A stretch of 64,000 nt of DNA from Sminthopsis crassicaudata (lineage: Eukaryota). The stretch covers positions 476,291,294-476,355,293 of the forward strand of contig NC_133618.1 of assembly GCF_048593235.1 (NCBI RefSeq), written 5' to 3'. Below, one piece after another: positions 1 through 12,769 of this stretch (its first letter is position 1; each line of letters starts with the position of its first letter). The translations under genes were made by a program, and so were the position numbers. The notes beneath the pieces were generated by a model. That model was not told the DNA's origin. It made no database searches and saw only the letters and a program-made list of their open reading frames with translations.

Positions 1-279
1 ATTGGAATCACCCGCCTTGGGAGTTTCTTGCTTTATTTAAATTTTATTTGCTGTCTGTACTTTTTATAAGCAGTTTTGCTTCCTGATGAACATAAACTGT
101 ATTCTGAGTAAGTGCTAAGAGGAGAAGGCATTGTAAAGGAAGGAAGATCAAAAGAGAAAATAAGAAAAAATTGTTTAGATATAACCTTGAACATATATTA
201 ATATATCTTGTGAATTTTACAAGGGAAGATTTCAATTTCATAAAATATAAAGTCTTTTAAAATATTTTTTAAAATATAA

Positions 280-385
280 GGTCCTTGAAGGTAAAAACTT
301 TTATTTTTGTGTTTATAGTCCCATGATGTAGAACCATATCTAGCACACAACAAATGCTTAACAAATGCTTCTTGATTAACTAATT
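280..385 (+). mobile_element. L2 LINE 3' tail remnant
   Basis: Degenerate L2 terminus (...tagcacacaacaaatgcttaacaaatgcttcttgatt). Confidence 0.5.
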
Positions 386-458
386 TCCTAATTTAATGGA
401 TAGGAGTATATAGAATATATATATCTTAACTGATTGGTCTAACAATGTTTATGGGCCA

Positions 459-586
459 NNNNNNNNNNNNNNNNNNNNNNNNNNNNNNNNNNNNNNNNNN
501 NNNNNNNNNNNNNNNNNNNNNNNNNNNNNNNNNNNNNNNNNNNNNNNNNNNNNNNNNNNNNNNNNNNNNNNNNNNNNNNNNNNNNN
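459..586. other. Assembly gap (128 N)
   Basis: Run of N. Confidence 1.
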
Positions 587-1089
587 GAAAATCTGCCGAA
601 AACATGACTTTTTTTTCAACTGAAGGAAGCAGCATACTCGATGAGATAAAACTTCACTAGCATCAGAAAACTTTAGTAGATAATTCCTCCATATCCTCAA
701 AGGAAAAAAAAAAATCCAAGAGTGATGGGGTATAGGTCATCAAAACAAAAAGGAGATTCTGTGGAACATTCAAAAGTCATGTTGATAAGGCCAAAGGTTT
801 GACTTTCAATGAATCTTCATGTCTCAGAACATTTTGACAGTTCTCCCTAAATGAAATTGTTCCTTTTAATTTCCCAGTTTTCTTTACAGAAAGGTGAGAT
901 TCCTTGTAAAGACAGGACCTGATGAAGAGACTGGATAATGGGGTTGATATTTATTTTGTAGATGATTTTGTAATCAGAAGTAAACACAGAAGAACTGGTT
1001 CACAGGCTGGATGAAGAAAGAAAGTGGGTCCTTCCAAACCCCTTCCCAATTCCTCTCTCATGAATGGTTAAATGGGAGACAGAGCCAGG

Positions 1090-1490
1090 ATTATTCAATT
1101 CCACAAACATTAATTAAGGGACTCCTATGTGCTAGGTACTATGCTGGGGACTTGGATTCAAAGACAAAAAAGAAGCAATTCTTACCCTCTGGGGTTTGTA
1201 TTGTACTGGAGGGACTTGGTTCTTGGCACTTGATGGGGACTTGGGGGGACTTGATGGGACTTAATAAACAAATACAAGGAAATTTGATAAAAGAGACAGT
1301 GATGACAGCCAGAGGCCTGCAGCAGGAAAGGCTTCGAAAACAGAGTGAGTCTTGACAGAAGATAAAGTTTTGAAAGACAGAGTTGAGGAGGATATGTACT
1401 CCAGGAAAGGAAGACAGCCTGCATAAATGTAGAAAATGATCATTTTGGAGAAAAGCTAATTTGGCTGGAACATAGGATGAATGAAAGGGA
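1090..1490 (-). mobile_element. L2 LINE 3' region remnant
   Basis: Reverse-complement L2 tail pattern (aaacattaattaagggactcctatgtgctaggtactatgctggg...) followed by purine-rich L2 body. Confidence 0.55.
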
Positions 1491-1688
1491 ATATTATATA
1501 GAACTGTGATTTAAGTGTTTTAGGGAAATCCTGGGTGATTAAATTTCTTCTGCTAATACAGATGGGCACCTTCTCTGAGGTGTGTCTCAAAACTCAGGCC
1601 TTGATGTCTTTGAGCTAATCACTCTATCTACTATACCAAACTGCCTCAAAGGGGAAGCTAGAAAGCAAAGCACTGTGACTACTGGTGG

Positions 1689-1815
1689 AATTGGAAAATG
1701 GCCCAACCATCCTGGAGAGAAATCCAAAGGAAATAACTAAAACATAAATATCTCTTATTCCAGAGATTCAACTGCCCCATATACCTCAAAGAAATCAATG
1801 AAAATAAGAAAGGTC
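1689..1815 (+). mobile_element. Old L1 ORF2 C-terminal fragment
   Basis: Resembles the L1 segment aattggtccaaccattctggaaag...atataccccaaagagatcaaag...aaaggtc. Confidence 0.5.
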
Positions 1816-2449
1816 ATGGTATATAGACAGACAGACAGACAGATAGATAGACAGACATAGAATAATTTTTTGATACTTAAGAACTAAAAATGAGTGAGAT
1901 AACCTTTGACTGGGGGAAAGACTAAGTACTTTTGATTCAGGAGTGATAAAATATTACTATGCTTATTGGGCATTGCAGTGCCAGTCAGATCAGACTGTCC
2001 CCAGAACTCATCATCCAGGGCAACTACCCTTGAAACGGTTGGGACCTATACCTGTCTGTTCTGGTACTGGCCATCCTACTTATTCAGCAGCCACAGTTAC
2101 TGAAGATTCAGAAAAGAAAGAACTCAGCACAAAGTTCTTGGCATATTCATACCATTCAAATCACAGATAAATAAAACTAAATTTTACCAATGTAAATCAT
2201 ATTCATGAAGATGCATCCCTATCTGCTTTTCCATTTAATCCCAAGAACCAGTGGAAATTTCTGTCTGAATGGTAGCTGAAACTTTCTAGGTGTATTTTTT
2301 TCCTGCTACTGGAATGCGAGCTTCTTGAGAACAGAAACTGAATTTCTTCTATTTATGTCACTAGCATTTAGCACAATGTTTTGCTATGTGTTTAAAATGA
2401 TTTTTCATCAATTCATTCATTTTCAGCCTTCAAGGAGCTTTCAAATATA

Positions 2450-2645
2450 GAGAGAGTACTGGATTTGGGATCTTGAGAGATCTGCATTTTATCTTACCTC
2501 AGACATTTGTTAGCTATATGCCCGGACAAATTATTTAATATTTTTATGCCTCAGTTTCCTCATCTGAAAAATGGGGATAATAATAAAATCGACCTCACAA
2601 GGTTGTGAGTATGGAATGAGAAAGTATGTATAAAATGCTTTGAAT
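2450..2645 (+). mobile_element. MIR CORE-SINE
   Basis: CORE motif tgcctcagtttcctcatctgaaaaatggggataataata and MIR tail. Confidence 0.75.
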
Positions 2646-2649
2646 AATA

Positions 2650-2870
2650 ATTATACTATTATTTCTAGCATTTATACTGTGCTAAATGCTTTACAATTAG
2701 TATATTACTTGTTACTCACAATAACTCTAGGAGGTAAGTACTATTATTATCTCTGTTTTAAAATTGAAGAAACTAAGAGAGGCTAGACTGACCTGGGATC
2801 ACACAGCTAGTAAATATTTGAGCAGCTGTAACTGAACTCACAGGCCCAGTAATCTACTATGCCATCTACT
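2650..2870 (-). mobile_element. MIR/MAR CORE-SINE
   Basis: Antisense CORE (gaagaaactaagagagg...gatcacacagctagtaa). Confidence 0.7.
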
Positions 2871-2879
2871 TACCCTATA

Positions 2880-3030
2880 TAATAGAGAAATAAATAGAGA
2901 GAAGAAATAAATTAATAGATTGGCAAATAAATGAATGAATAGATGGACTAATATATGAATGAATGAAGAAGCAGTGGATGAATAAATAAATGAATGAATG
3001 AATAAATAGATAAAGAGATGAACAAATAAA
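2880..3030. repeat. Degenerate (ATGA/ATAA)n low-complexity tract
   Basis: Visible tetramer periodicity; source of spurious FIHLFI-rich ORFs. Confidence 0.8.
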
Positions 3031-4092
3031 AGCATAGGTAGATACTAATAAAAGGACATAAAGAATGCTATAGACATTGGTTTGCACTAAATAAATGCTA
3101 GTTCTGGTCATCAACATCACATCCTACTCATGGATTATCATGGTAAGTATAACACAAAGAAAGGAGTGAAAGAGACAAATTACCCTAGGGCCAGTGGGGG
3201 TGAAAGACTGGCAGATGGGACAAACAAAAGCTAAATGGGATGGGTAGAGCCTAATCTAAGCCTTGAAAGAAAATAAGAAACTTCAAAAGTGGAGATGAGG
3301 AATAAGGGACCCTCCAGACTCTAGGACATCTTTTTCCAATTGTCTCCTATCCAGAACATGTTTCATGATTATAGTGAGCAAATTTGGGAAACTTGTATAT
3401 CTTTGTTTTATGTTTCACTTGATATAATTGAACAAAATGAGCTCAATGGTAGCATTTATTAATGACTCTTAAACATCTTAACAATCTTATAGACTCTACT
3501 ATTTGGCTCTACTATTTTAAGCTTCATTTTGTGTCTTCACTGCTCAACAGAAATTGATTACTAAGTCAATTTTTTTGGATTTTTGTTTTTTTGGAATCAA
3601 CAAAACAAATACATCTATTCTGTATGCCTTTGGAAACATTTGAAACATGTCCTGCTAAATAGAAAAGCAAATGCAAAAAACCAACCTGTTCCATTTTAAG
3701 GTTTATATTTAGGATTGTATTCAAGTACGGCTACAGACCACTCTCAAGAAGATTTTAGAGATGAGAAATAAAATCAATGAATGAGAGATGCTGGTGTTTT
3801 TTTGGTCCCCTTCCTCCATCCTATCCTCTAGCCCATTCTTTAAAAGACTTGGAAATGAATCTCTGAGTGCCTTCAAAATTGTATTACCTCTAGCATGATT
3901 TTCTTATGTGTATGGTTGGTCAGGTTCAGCTATTCCAAATGAATACAAATAAATATTTAAGTGTGTTCTATGTGGAAGACACAAAAATAAAACAACACTG
4001 CTTATTCCTGCCCTCAAAGAGTTTACATTCAATTCATGCAAGGCTTGGTGAGAGGGGATGGGTATGTCTGTAAGGCTGTATGTGGTGGATAG

Positions 4093-4243
4093 NNNNNNNN
4101 NNNNNNNNNNNNNNNNNNNNNNNNNNNNNNNNNNNNNNNNNNNNNNNNNNNNNNNNNNNNNNNNNNNNNNNNNNNNNNNNNNNNNNNNNNNNNNNNNNNN
4201 NNNNNNNNNNNNNNNNNNNNNNNNNNNNNNNNNNNNNNNNNNN
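4093..4243. other. Assembly gap (151 N)
   Basis: Run of N; both flanks look like antisense L2. Confidence 1.
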
Positions 4244-4471
4244 TGGGGTAATGAGGCACAAACAAAGGGAGTTCTAGATAAAGTAGAAGAGAAGGCTTAG
4301 TTAAGGAAATGAAGGTGACACCTAAGCCAAACCTTCAAGGAAGAGAATGATTCTGAAAGGGAGAGATAGGGACAACCTGGAGGAATGTTACAGAAATGGA
4401 AGAGGGAATATTGAGGTATGGAACAGCCATTCAATAAGTTAGAATGTAGAGTACATAAAAGGGTATATAGC

Positions 4472-4545
4472 CAGGGATGTGATAGCGCCAACTCGAACAA
4501 TCTTGCAAAAACTGATTATTCAACTTTTCGTGTGAGTTTTTGATC
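4472..4545 (+). mobile_element. MER63-like hAT (Blackjack) terminal fragment
   Basis: cagggatgtgatagcgccaactcgaac...gattattcaacttttcgtgtgag resembles the MER63 end CAG(T/G)GGTGTGCTGGAGCCRGCTCG...GATTGTTAAATTTTCAG. Confidence 0.5.
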
Positions 4546-5307
4546 ATTTAATATGGCTTAAAAGGTTATCCCCAACCTCTCTAATTTTAGAGGGCATTTG
4601 CAAATTATTTTGGTTTCAGGCTCCCCCCTTCCAAAATACCTGTCAAGAAGACATTGTTCTCAAAGCCTGTGCCAAACTCTGATGGATATGAACGATGGAT
4701 GCTGGTTAGAAATCACCCAAGTATCAATACCTCTCCTCCTTTATCTGTAGCACATAATCTTCAGTGGATATTGAGAACGTCTTAGACTAGCATCTCCAGA
4801 CCAGCGTTCTTCACTCAGCCTTAGGCATGTTTATCACTGTGCCAATAAAACAGAGGGGATTTATGGCTACTCTTTTTTAATTCATTCAATTCTCTGTTCA
4901 TTGGGAGGTTAATGTCGTTGATCTATTTTCTCTTGAAACAAATAAAAACAATATGCGCTGACACCGGCTCTGACTTTTGACATGGACCATGGAGGTCAGC
5001 ATTTAATTTTATATTTATAGACTACACGAACAATATTATCTGTATTAAAAACTGTTCACTCAATCCTTGTCATTTTACAACTTTGTTCAATGACTCTCAG
5101 CTCATTGTGGATTTTTTTCCTTATACCTTCTTTATTTTATCTCTCTTTTTTTTCCATATTTTTAGTTTGCTTTCTACTCATTTCTTAGTTTTCCTCTCAT
5201 TGCTCTCTCCCCCTCTCTTTTTCTATATCCTTAACTCTTTTTCAATAGCCTCTTGATTTTTCTGATTTTTCATTCTTTTCTCTCCATCTTTCTTTATAAT
5301 CCTTCCC

Positions 5308-5310
<3 letters not shown>

Positions 5311-5369
<59 letters not shown>
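5311..5369. repeat. (CT)n microsatellite, about 29 units
   Basis: Perfect dinucleotide run. Confidence 0.98.
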
Positions 5370-5373
<4 letters not shown>

Positions 5374-5874
5374 CCTTTTTATCTCCATAAGCAACATCAT
5401 TATTCACAATTTAAGGATCTCTTGGCTTTAATATTATGAGTCATTTTGTGGTAGCTTCATTATGGAATTGAAAAAGGATGTGGGGGAAGCAGACAATGAA
5501 AAAGGGACTGAAAGGGGGAAGTTGCTTTTAAAGAACATGAGATTTTGAGAGGACTATACCAGTTTGAGTTGAAATTGATAAGCCTTTAAAAATTAAAAAG
5601 CAGCTTATTCCCTGATGTGGAGGTGTTCAGTGATTATTAAGGAAAAGTATTTAGAAAAATATTGGACCTGATCTTCTATCGTGTTTATCAGAGTCCTGTT
5701 AAAGGCACTATAAATAATGGACTATTTTGTTTAAAGCTGGCTCGGCACACACAAATCAGTTTGCAAGATAACAACTAACCAACCGACAATTGAATTTGGT
5801 TAAAATTCAGGTTATTTGAAAACACTTGATTTTAGTCAAAGGGTGCAGTTTAATGAAAAAAAAAAGCAATAACA

Positions 5875-6050
5875 ACAACACTGAATTTGGAATAAAAGGT
5901 TTGGATTCAAATTCTAACTTCAATTTACTACTTATATGGGCAAATCTAACCTCTCCAGTTCTTAGTTTTTTCATCTACAAAAATGAGATGATTAAATTCA
6001 ATGACCCCAAAAGTTCCTTTTGACTCAGTCTCTGAGATGCTATGATCCAA
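5875..6050 (+). mobile_element. MIR3-like CORE-SINE
   Basis: ggtttggattcaaattcta...tcttagttttttcatctacaaaaatgagatg plus L3-type tail. Confidence 0.6.
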
Positions 6051-6262
6051 TTTAATTATCAATTATTTCTAAAATAATCAGTTACTATAATATGAAGTCA
6101 GTGTGTTTTGTTCTTTTTATCTCCAGAATACAAAGCCCAGAACTTGCTCATAAAGGTATAGACTGGACTTTGTTATTTTGTGGCTTGGGAGATCCCCAGA
6201 AGAGGAATCTCTATGAGTGAGGTCAGCCCCTCACTGCAATAACCTTAGAGAATTGGCTAGAG

Positions 6263-6450
6263 CAGATATTTCTGTAACATTTCTTATGTATCAGAAGTAG
6301 ATTAAAATGTAATTGGGAGCTATTTAATAAAATAAATAAAAATTCAATACAACATAGATAACACTTTTTAAACTAAATCATTGTGGAGTCTGCAGAGGTC
6401 TCTGTATACAGATTAGCTGCCCCTGTTTCTATTTGAGAATGACATCTCTG
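6263..6450 (-). mobile_element. hAT-Charlie non-autonomous element (MER113-like)
   Basis: Ends ...tttctatttgagaatgacatctctg; flanked by near-identical 8-mers ggctagag (6255-6262) and gcctagag (6451-6458) with central CTAG. Family name from memory. Confidence 0.6.
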
Positions 6451-6490
6451 GCCTAGAGTGCTGAGGGCTGGTAAGTGCTCTGCCCAAGGT

Positions 6491-6496
<6 letters not shown>

Positions 6497-6578
<82 letters not shown>
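6497..6578. repeat. Head-to-head (CA)n(TG)n microsatellite forming a 74-bp perfect palindrome, inside an antisense MIR/MAR SINE
   Basis: Arms 6505-6541 and 6542-6578 are exact reverse complements with no spacer; flanks tgcccaaggtcaca / gggacttgaacc are SINE sequence. Confidence 0.95.
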
Positions 6579-6581
<3 letters not shown>

Positions 6582-7135
6582 AGGGACTTGAACCCTGTCT
6601 TTGGGGCCAGCCCTCTCTATGCCACCAGATTGCCTTGTCAGATTGCAGTCATTCTTTAATGAAGATTTTTCCATTCATTTGCAACCAGGGATAATCTTCC
6701 TACCACTTAGGGGCCAGTAGCTGCAAGTCTTGGCCAATCATTCCATCTGATTTTGCTAAAAGTCACCCTCAGAAAAGCCTTCCTACAACTTGTAGGGACA
6801 CCATCTTGGCTTCTATTTCCTCACTTATAGGAGAGGTATAATGATGCTGGCTCTATCTAGAGATGACAGGAGGTTTGATTAACTACTATATTTGAAAGGC
6901 TTTGGGATCTTTGGAGAAAATCGTACAGTCTTACAACTGATGTCTTAGTAGATAAAATATTTAGGTTGTAGCTTCCAGTGGTGGTTAATCCTATCGTATT
7001 TCCTGCATTTTACAAATTCTTTGCTAAAACATTCACAGGAAATCTTCCCCAATATAAACAATCGAGAAATGTATGCTATCTAATGAGGGAGCTTTGACTT
7101 AATGATTGCTGAGTTCTCACCAAGCCACTCTCATT

Positions 7136-7343
7136 TAGGGGTATGCTGGTAAATGTTTAATAACCGACTTTCTGAAAACACCAGACAAACTTTTAAGTTT
7201 CATCTGAATTAGTAACATTTTCTCCCTCATTTTCTTAAGTCTAGCCTGTCAATAAAACAATAAACCACTACCTGATTTGTAGTCTTTGCTGAGATATAAA
7301 TTCTCACACTGAAAATTTAGCAATTGACTCACCAACATCCCTG
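7136..7343 (-). mobile_element. MER63-like hAT (Blackjack) internal-deletion element
   Basis: Both termini present (taggggtatgctggtaaatgtttaataaccg ... ccaacatccctg) with internal cttaagtctag and tcacactgaaaattt hallmarks. Confidence 0.75.
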
Positions 7344-7616
7344 TGATTGCCTGGCTGAAAGCCAATGACTTAGACCTCTAGCTCTCATTCTCTGGCACCT
7401 GTTAATAAAAGTCCCTTGTAAAACAGAACAATAAAATCTACTCACAGCCTTGTCATGTGCCCTGAGGGGTGGTTGGATTGCACTGGTCCACGTCTCTCAG
7501 AAGTCCCATAAAAACGTTGAAGTTTCTCTATCAAGATGTGGACAGACATTTGATTTGTGAGTTATCTTATCGTAGGTAGATGATAGAAGCCTAAACTAGG
7601 AAATCTGTACAAGGCT

Positions 7617-7992
7617 NNNNNNNNNNNNNNNNNNNNNNNNNNNNNNNNNNNNNNNNNNNNNNNNNNNNNNNNNNNNNNNNNNNNNNNNNNNNNNNNNNNN
7701 NNNNNNNNNNNNNNNNNNNNNNNNNNNNNNNNNNNNNNNNNNNNNNNNNNNNNNNNNNNNNNNNNNNNNNNNNNNNNNNNNNNNNNNNNNNNNNNNNNNN
7801 NNNNNNNNNNNNNNNNNNNNNNNNNNNNNNNNNNNNNNNNNNNNNNNNNNNNNNNNNNNNNNNNNNNNNNNNNNNNNNNNNNNNNNNNNNNNNNNNNNNN
7901 NNNNNNNNNNNNNNNNNNNNNNNNNNNNNNNNNNNNNNNNNNNNNNNNNNNNNNNNNNNNNNNNNNNNNNNNNNNNNNNNNNNNNNNNNNNN
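7617..7992. other. Assembly gap (376 N)
   Basis: Run of N. Confidence 1.
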
Positions 7993-8479
7993 TTACAAAT
8001 TAGGAAGCTAAAACCCAAAGATGCCAAAATGACGTACCCAAGATTACATAGCTTGTTATTAAAAATGCCAGTGTCCAAGCCTCCTTGTCTCAAGGTCATT
8101 CACTATGTATATCTATATCAATTTCTATATCTATTTCTATATACAGATACACATGGACAGAGAGACAGAGACAAACAAGGGCAGAGACAGAAAGAGACAG
8201 AGAAACACAGAGAGAACTATTTTAAGCAGTAAGAATTCAAACAGAAAAACAAAACAGTTTCTGCCCTCAAAAAGCTTACATTCTACTTACAATTCATTAT
8301 ATATCACATGCATAGGTAGGGAAATATGATGCACATACAAAAAGTAATTTCAAGAAAGGAAGAACACTTACCAAGAGCAAGGTATATCTTAAATAACTCT
8401 CACTGAAAACTTACCAGAATATATAATTTTTTTCTTTATTTTTGAACAAGTTAAAATATAATTCATTGACCTTATCATT

Positions 8480-8700
8480 GAGTGGATAGAGCACTGAACC
8501 TGGTATCAGAATTCAAATCCAACTTCAAACAGTGACTAGCTATATGATCTTGGGCAAGCTGTGTAATTGCTCTTTGACTCAGTTTCCTCATCTATAAAAT
8601 GGGAATTATAATAACACCCATCACCCAGGGTTGTTGTGATGACCAAGTGTTTTAAAATACCTTGTAATCTTGGAAATGCTATATAATTGCTATTATTAAT
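8480..8700 (+). mobile_element. MIR CORE-SINE
   Basis: agtggatagagcactgaacc head, ctcagtttcctcatctataaaatggg core, MIR tail. Confidence 0.8.
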
Positions 8701-9229
8701 ATTTTTATTATATTAGACTAGCCTTAGTCTCTTTATAATTACTGGGTAATTCTGCCTGGGGCACATACAGTGTCTTCCTTCTCTTCTCTCTAGTTAGTCT
8801 CTTCTGCATTCTTTTTCTTCCACTTTTCCTATTCCCCAGTTATTAGAAATTGACTTATCCCTGGCTTTCCATATGTATCTGTGTCCTTCCTCACCTTCTA
8901 TTAGCCTTTGACCAAAATGATGATTTTCTTTTATATCTAGATTCTCTGCCACATGTGTGTCCTTTTCCTGATTTCCTGGCCTCAGAGTCCAGATTCTACT
9001 TCTTATTCATCTGATTTAGAAGAAATCAATCCAATGTGATTTTTTCTTTGGCTTCTCTTTACTCCCTCCTTCCCTGTGCCCCCTAGTATACCTTCCTTCT
9101 GACCTAGGACTAAATTGGCAAAACTGGTCACCATCCAGCTTCCCTTTTCCCTCACCATGTGTGGTAATTCTATTCTATTTGGCTTGCTCTAAGGCCCGAA
9201 TACTGAGTCCAAAGCTTAAAAACAATTAT

Positions 9230-9830
9230 GTATGCACTGACTTATCTTCTGGAGGTTTATCCTCATATGATTTGGATTGAAGGTCCCTCACTATTCTGGG
9301 TGCCCTCCTTTGGACAATCTCCAGCTTATCAAAATCCTTTCTAAACTATGGTACCCGGAATTGAACAATACTCCCAATACATTTGGATGACAGCAGAGCA
9401 CAGGGGGATTCTCATTACCTTTCTCCTGAAAACTATTCCTCCTCATAATTCAATGTATAATAGCATTTTTTGATTCTGACTCATATCAGTCTTGTAGTTC
9501 AAAGATCTTATAGATCGTTTTTAGGACAGCTCTAACAATAATCCTATTTGCCACTCATAAAAATGGAATTTCTTTTCCTAAAATTCTCTAAAGACAAACA
9601 TCTTTAGATCCTTAGCCAATGATCCCATGGTATAGTTTAGCATCATCTCTCTGTTCTGAGCACCTTCTGATTTGTCAGCAATTTTTGTAAAATGTATTGC
9701 CCTGAGACAATGTATTAGATATGGTCTGATCAGGGCAGGATATCGGTGGACTGCCACTTCCATTGTCCTGGGCTTTATGCATCTCAATGCAGATAATGTC
9801 TCACTGAAGTCTAAAATAGCCCTGGTCTCA
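9230..9830 (-). mobile_element. L3/CR1 3' fragments
   Basis: Two antisense copies of the L3 motif ...aacaatactcc...ggtctgaccagggcagag... Confidence 0.6.
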
Positions 9831-12523
9831 AGAACTGTTGAGGAGGCTACTCTGAGGTTGAATTCCACACTGCCAGGGCACACTGGACATGGTTAAAATA
9901 ATTGTCCCCTAGTTTCCTGATCTTGACATATCCTGCCAGGTTACATTGCATGTTCTAGGAAGGAAAGAGTTAGATTGGGAGAACTTACTGTCTGGTGACC
10001 TTTATTTTGGCTGAAAACTAATAGACATTGAGCTCTGCAGAGAGGAAGCTCTCTTAGGGAATTTGCATAATAATATAGTCTTTGTCTCCATTATTGGGTT
10101 TAATTGAAAGAAGAGTTACATCAAATTTTTACCTAATGATTTGTTCAACACTCTTTCATAATTAAAGAAAAGTGATACAAGTCAATCTTCAGTAATTCAC
10201 TAATAGAGCCATTTCCTTTCCCCTCCTCCTATTTGGTTATGGGTAATTTTGTCTGTGACAGAGTGGAGATGAGGTTGTTGAAGATGCTGTCAGCTGGCAA
10301 GGCTGTCTCTCCCTCTGACTTTGAAGAGACAGAAACCAAGTGAACAATATACCTACCCTCTCCTGACCTTGTTTCAGTTTGGTGCAAAAGTTGGTACCCA
10401 GACATGGCACTGAGCTGTCAGAAGAAACCACACTTTGTAATGTTTTTCACCCAATGTCCTGTCACCCGGAGAAGACCTTGCCACTTCACATCCTATCAGA
10501 TAACCATTTCTAATAAAGAAAGCCTAAAAAGCATTGAGGAGTATCTAGAAGAGCAAGGGATGGTGCTCCAGAGATGTAGCAGTATTGCTGCTCAAGAAGA
10601 GATGTCAGAATTATTCCTTAGCTTTTAGGAAAGATGCTTGTTATCCTGTCTTTCACTCAAAGGGAAATAAAAGCATTTCAAAGTAATTCATCTTATGCAA
10701 TTTTCAAGGGTGCCCCTCCTGTTTGGCTACTATTTCTTATTTAGCTTTTTCTGATTTGAAGAAATACATGTCTAAAATAAATATTCTCAGATGTGTAGCA
10801 AAGTAGACTGTCTTTATAGCAAACCTTCTAAATTAGATGAAATGGAAGGAAAAAAATAGAAATAGGTACTATTTGGGGGTATTAAGATATCATATAATAT
10901 GCTTATTGCTAAAATTATTAAAATAGAACATATCCAGGGTCAATATCATTATTTTATTTAATTAATCCAGTTCAAATTCACAATCAACAGTGAGTATTTA
11001 TTGAATGTCTATTGTGTGCCTGAAATGACAAATAACAGAAATTTTCTTCTTAGGTAATCTTCATAAAGTCTCTCTGTGATTTAGAACTTTTAATAACTTG
11101 GGTTAGAAAGAAATAGGATATAAGATATAGGATACAAAAGGAAATAATTGTGAATCTTTTAGATGTTTGAAAAAGAATTCTCGCAGCTAATTTCAGTTCC
11201 ACTAGACATGGAAAGACCGTTGAGCCATTGTATATTGGTAGCCATTAGTTGATTGTCCTAGGATTTAAAAGAATAATGATCACAGTGTAATAAAATTGTT
11301 TTTTAAAGTTCAGAGATTGTTTTTTACTCAACCTAACTGATCCATATTTAAATTTATATTATATATATGTTATATATATACATTTACATATATATGTTAT
11401 ATATATATGTATATATATTATATATAGTCTCATGAGTTGGTATGATTAAAAAGAGAATAAACATTTATATAAAATAAGTGCTGGTATTATTTTAGAGAAA
11501 TACTGGAGTTTTTCTACTAAGGTTGGGAAGCCGAATGTAACTTATAATTTGACATTTTATAAGAAAGGCTAGATAGAGCAGTGCAATAAGGAAAAATATA
11601 TGGGAATAAATATTGGCAAGGAGGGAGAAAATCATTTCAGATATGTGGATGGTTTGACAATTATTTAGAAGACACTAGAGAATCAAGGGGAAAAAATCCA
11701 GACAAGAGCTTTAGCAAAGTAATAGGTTACAAAGTAAGTCAATAAGTCATCCATGTTTCTGTAAAGTACTAACAAAAACGAAAAGAGGAATAGAAAATAA
11801 TATTTAACACAATGATAGAATGAAGTAAACTTCTGAGAACTAGTTGGCCAAGAGTTAATTATTGAAAGTAAGCTCCTTGAAATAAGAAAAACTTTATTTT
11901 TTGTTTTTGGTTCCAGAGTGCCTGGCACAATCTCTGGCATGTAATGGATGCTTACTAGATGTTTTTTATTTGGTTGATATAAAACTTACCTATTCACATT
12001 AATTAAGACTTAAACAATTGAAGAGCTGACATAATCATGTAATTTTATGGCAGGAAGAAACATTATATGGCATTTAATTCCATCTACATATGAACAAGAA
12101 TCCTCTGTACTCCTTAAGTGATTATATAGCTTTTATTTAAATATTTCCAGGGATGTTTGTGGATGTTCATCATTTGAGGTAGCCCAGTCTATATTTGGAA
12201 GTTTTTCCTTACTTTAAGCTTCTTTTCTGCACTGTCTCCTGGTTTTGCTCTATAGATACAAACAAAACCAATTGAATCATCCTTTACATGATATCCATCC
12301 AAATGCTTAAACACAACTATCATGTTTCCTAACTCTCATACAGTTCCTTTAACTGATTTTCAGATATCCCAGTGTTCAGGCACTTCAGCGTGGTTCCTGG
12401 TTGCCCTCTCCAATCATTGTCTTTCCTGAAATGTGACAATCAGAGCTAACAGTTCATGCTACTTTAGATGTGCTTAGACCAAGGGATAATAGAAGATCAT
12501 TACATCCCTTATCCTGAACTCCA

Positions 12524-12531
<8 letters not shown>

Positions 12532-12554
<23 letters not shown>

Positions 12555-12665
12555 GGCTGAGGCAATTGGGGTTAAGTGATTTGCCCAGCATCACACAGCT
12601 AAGAAGTGTTAAATCTGAGATCAAATTTGAACTCACATCCTTCTGACTTCAGGGCTGGTGCTCTA
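12532..12665 (-). mobile_element. WSINE1-type SINE, 5'-truncated, with poly(A) tail and 15-bp TSD
   Basis: Reverse complement tagagcaccagccctgaagtcag...cttaaccccaattgcctcagcc(A)n; TSD aactccatggctctt at 12517-12531 and 12666-12680. Confidence 0.85.
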
Positions 12666-12769
12666 AACTCCATGGCTCTTAAGTCAATTTAAGATTAGCT
12701 CACTCATAATTGAATCTTTTGAAATTATGATGATCAATCTTTACCCCAAAGAGGAGATATGAAATGACA

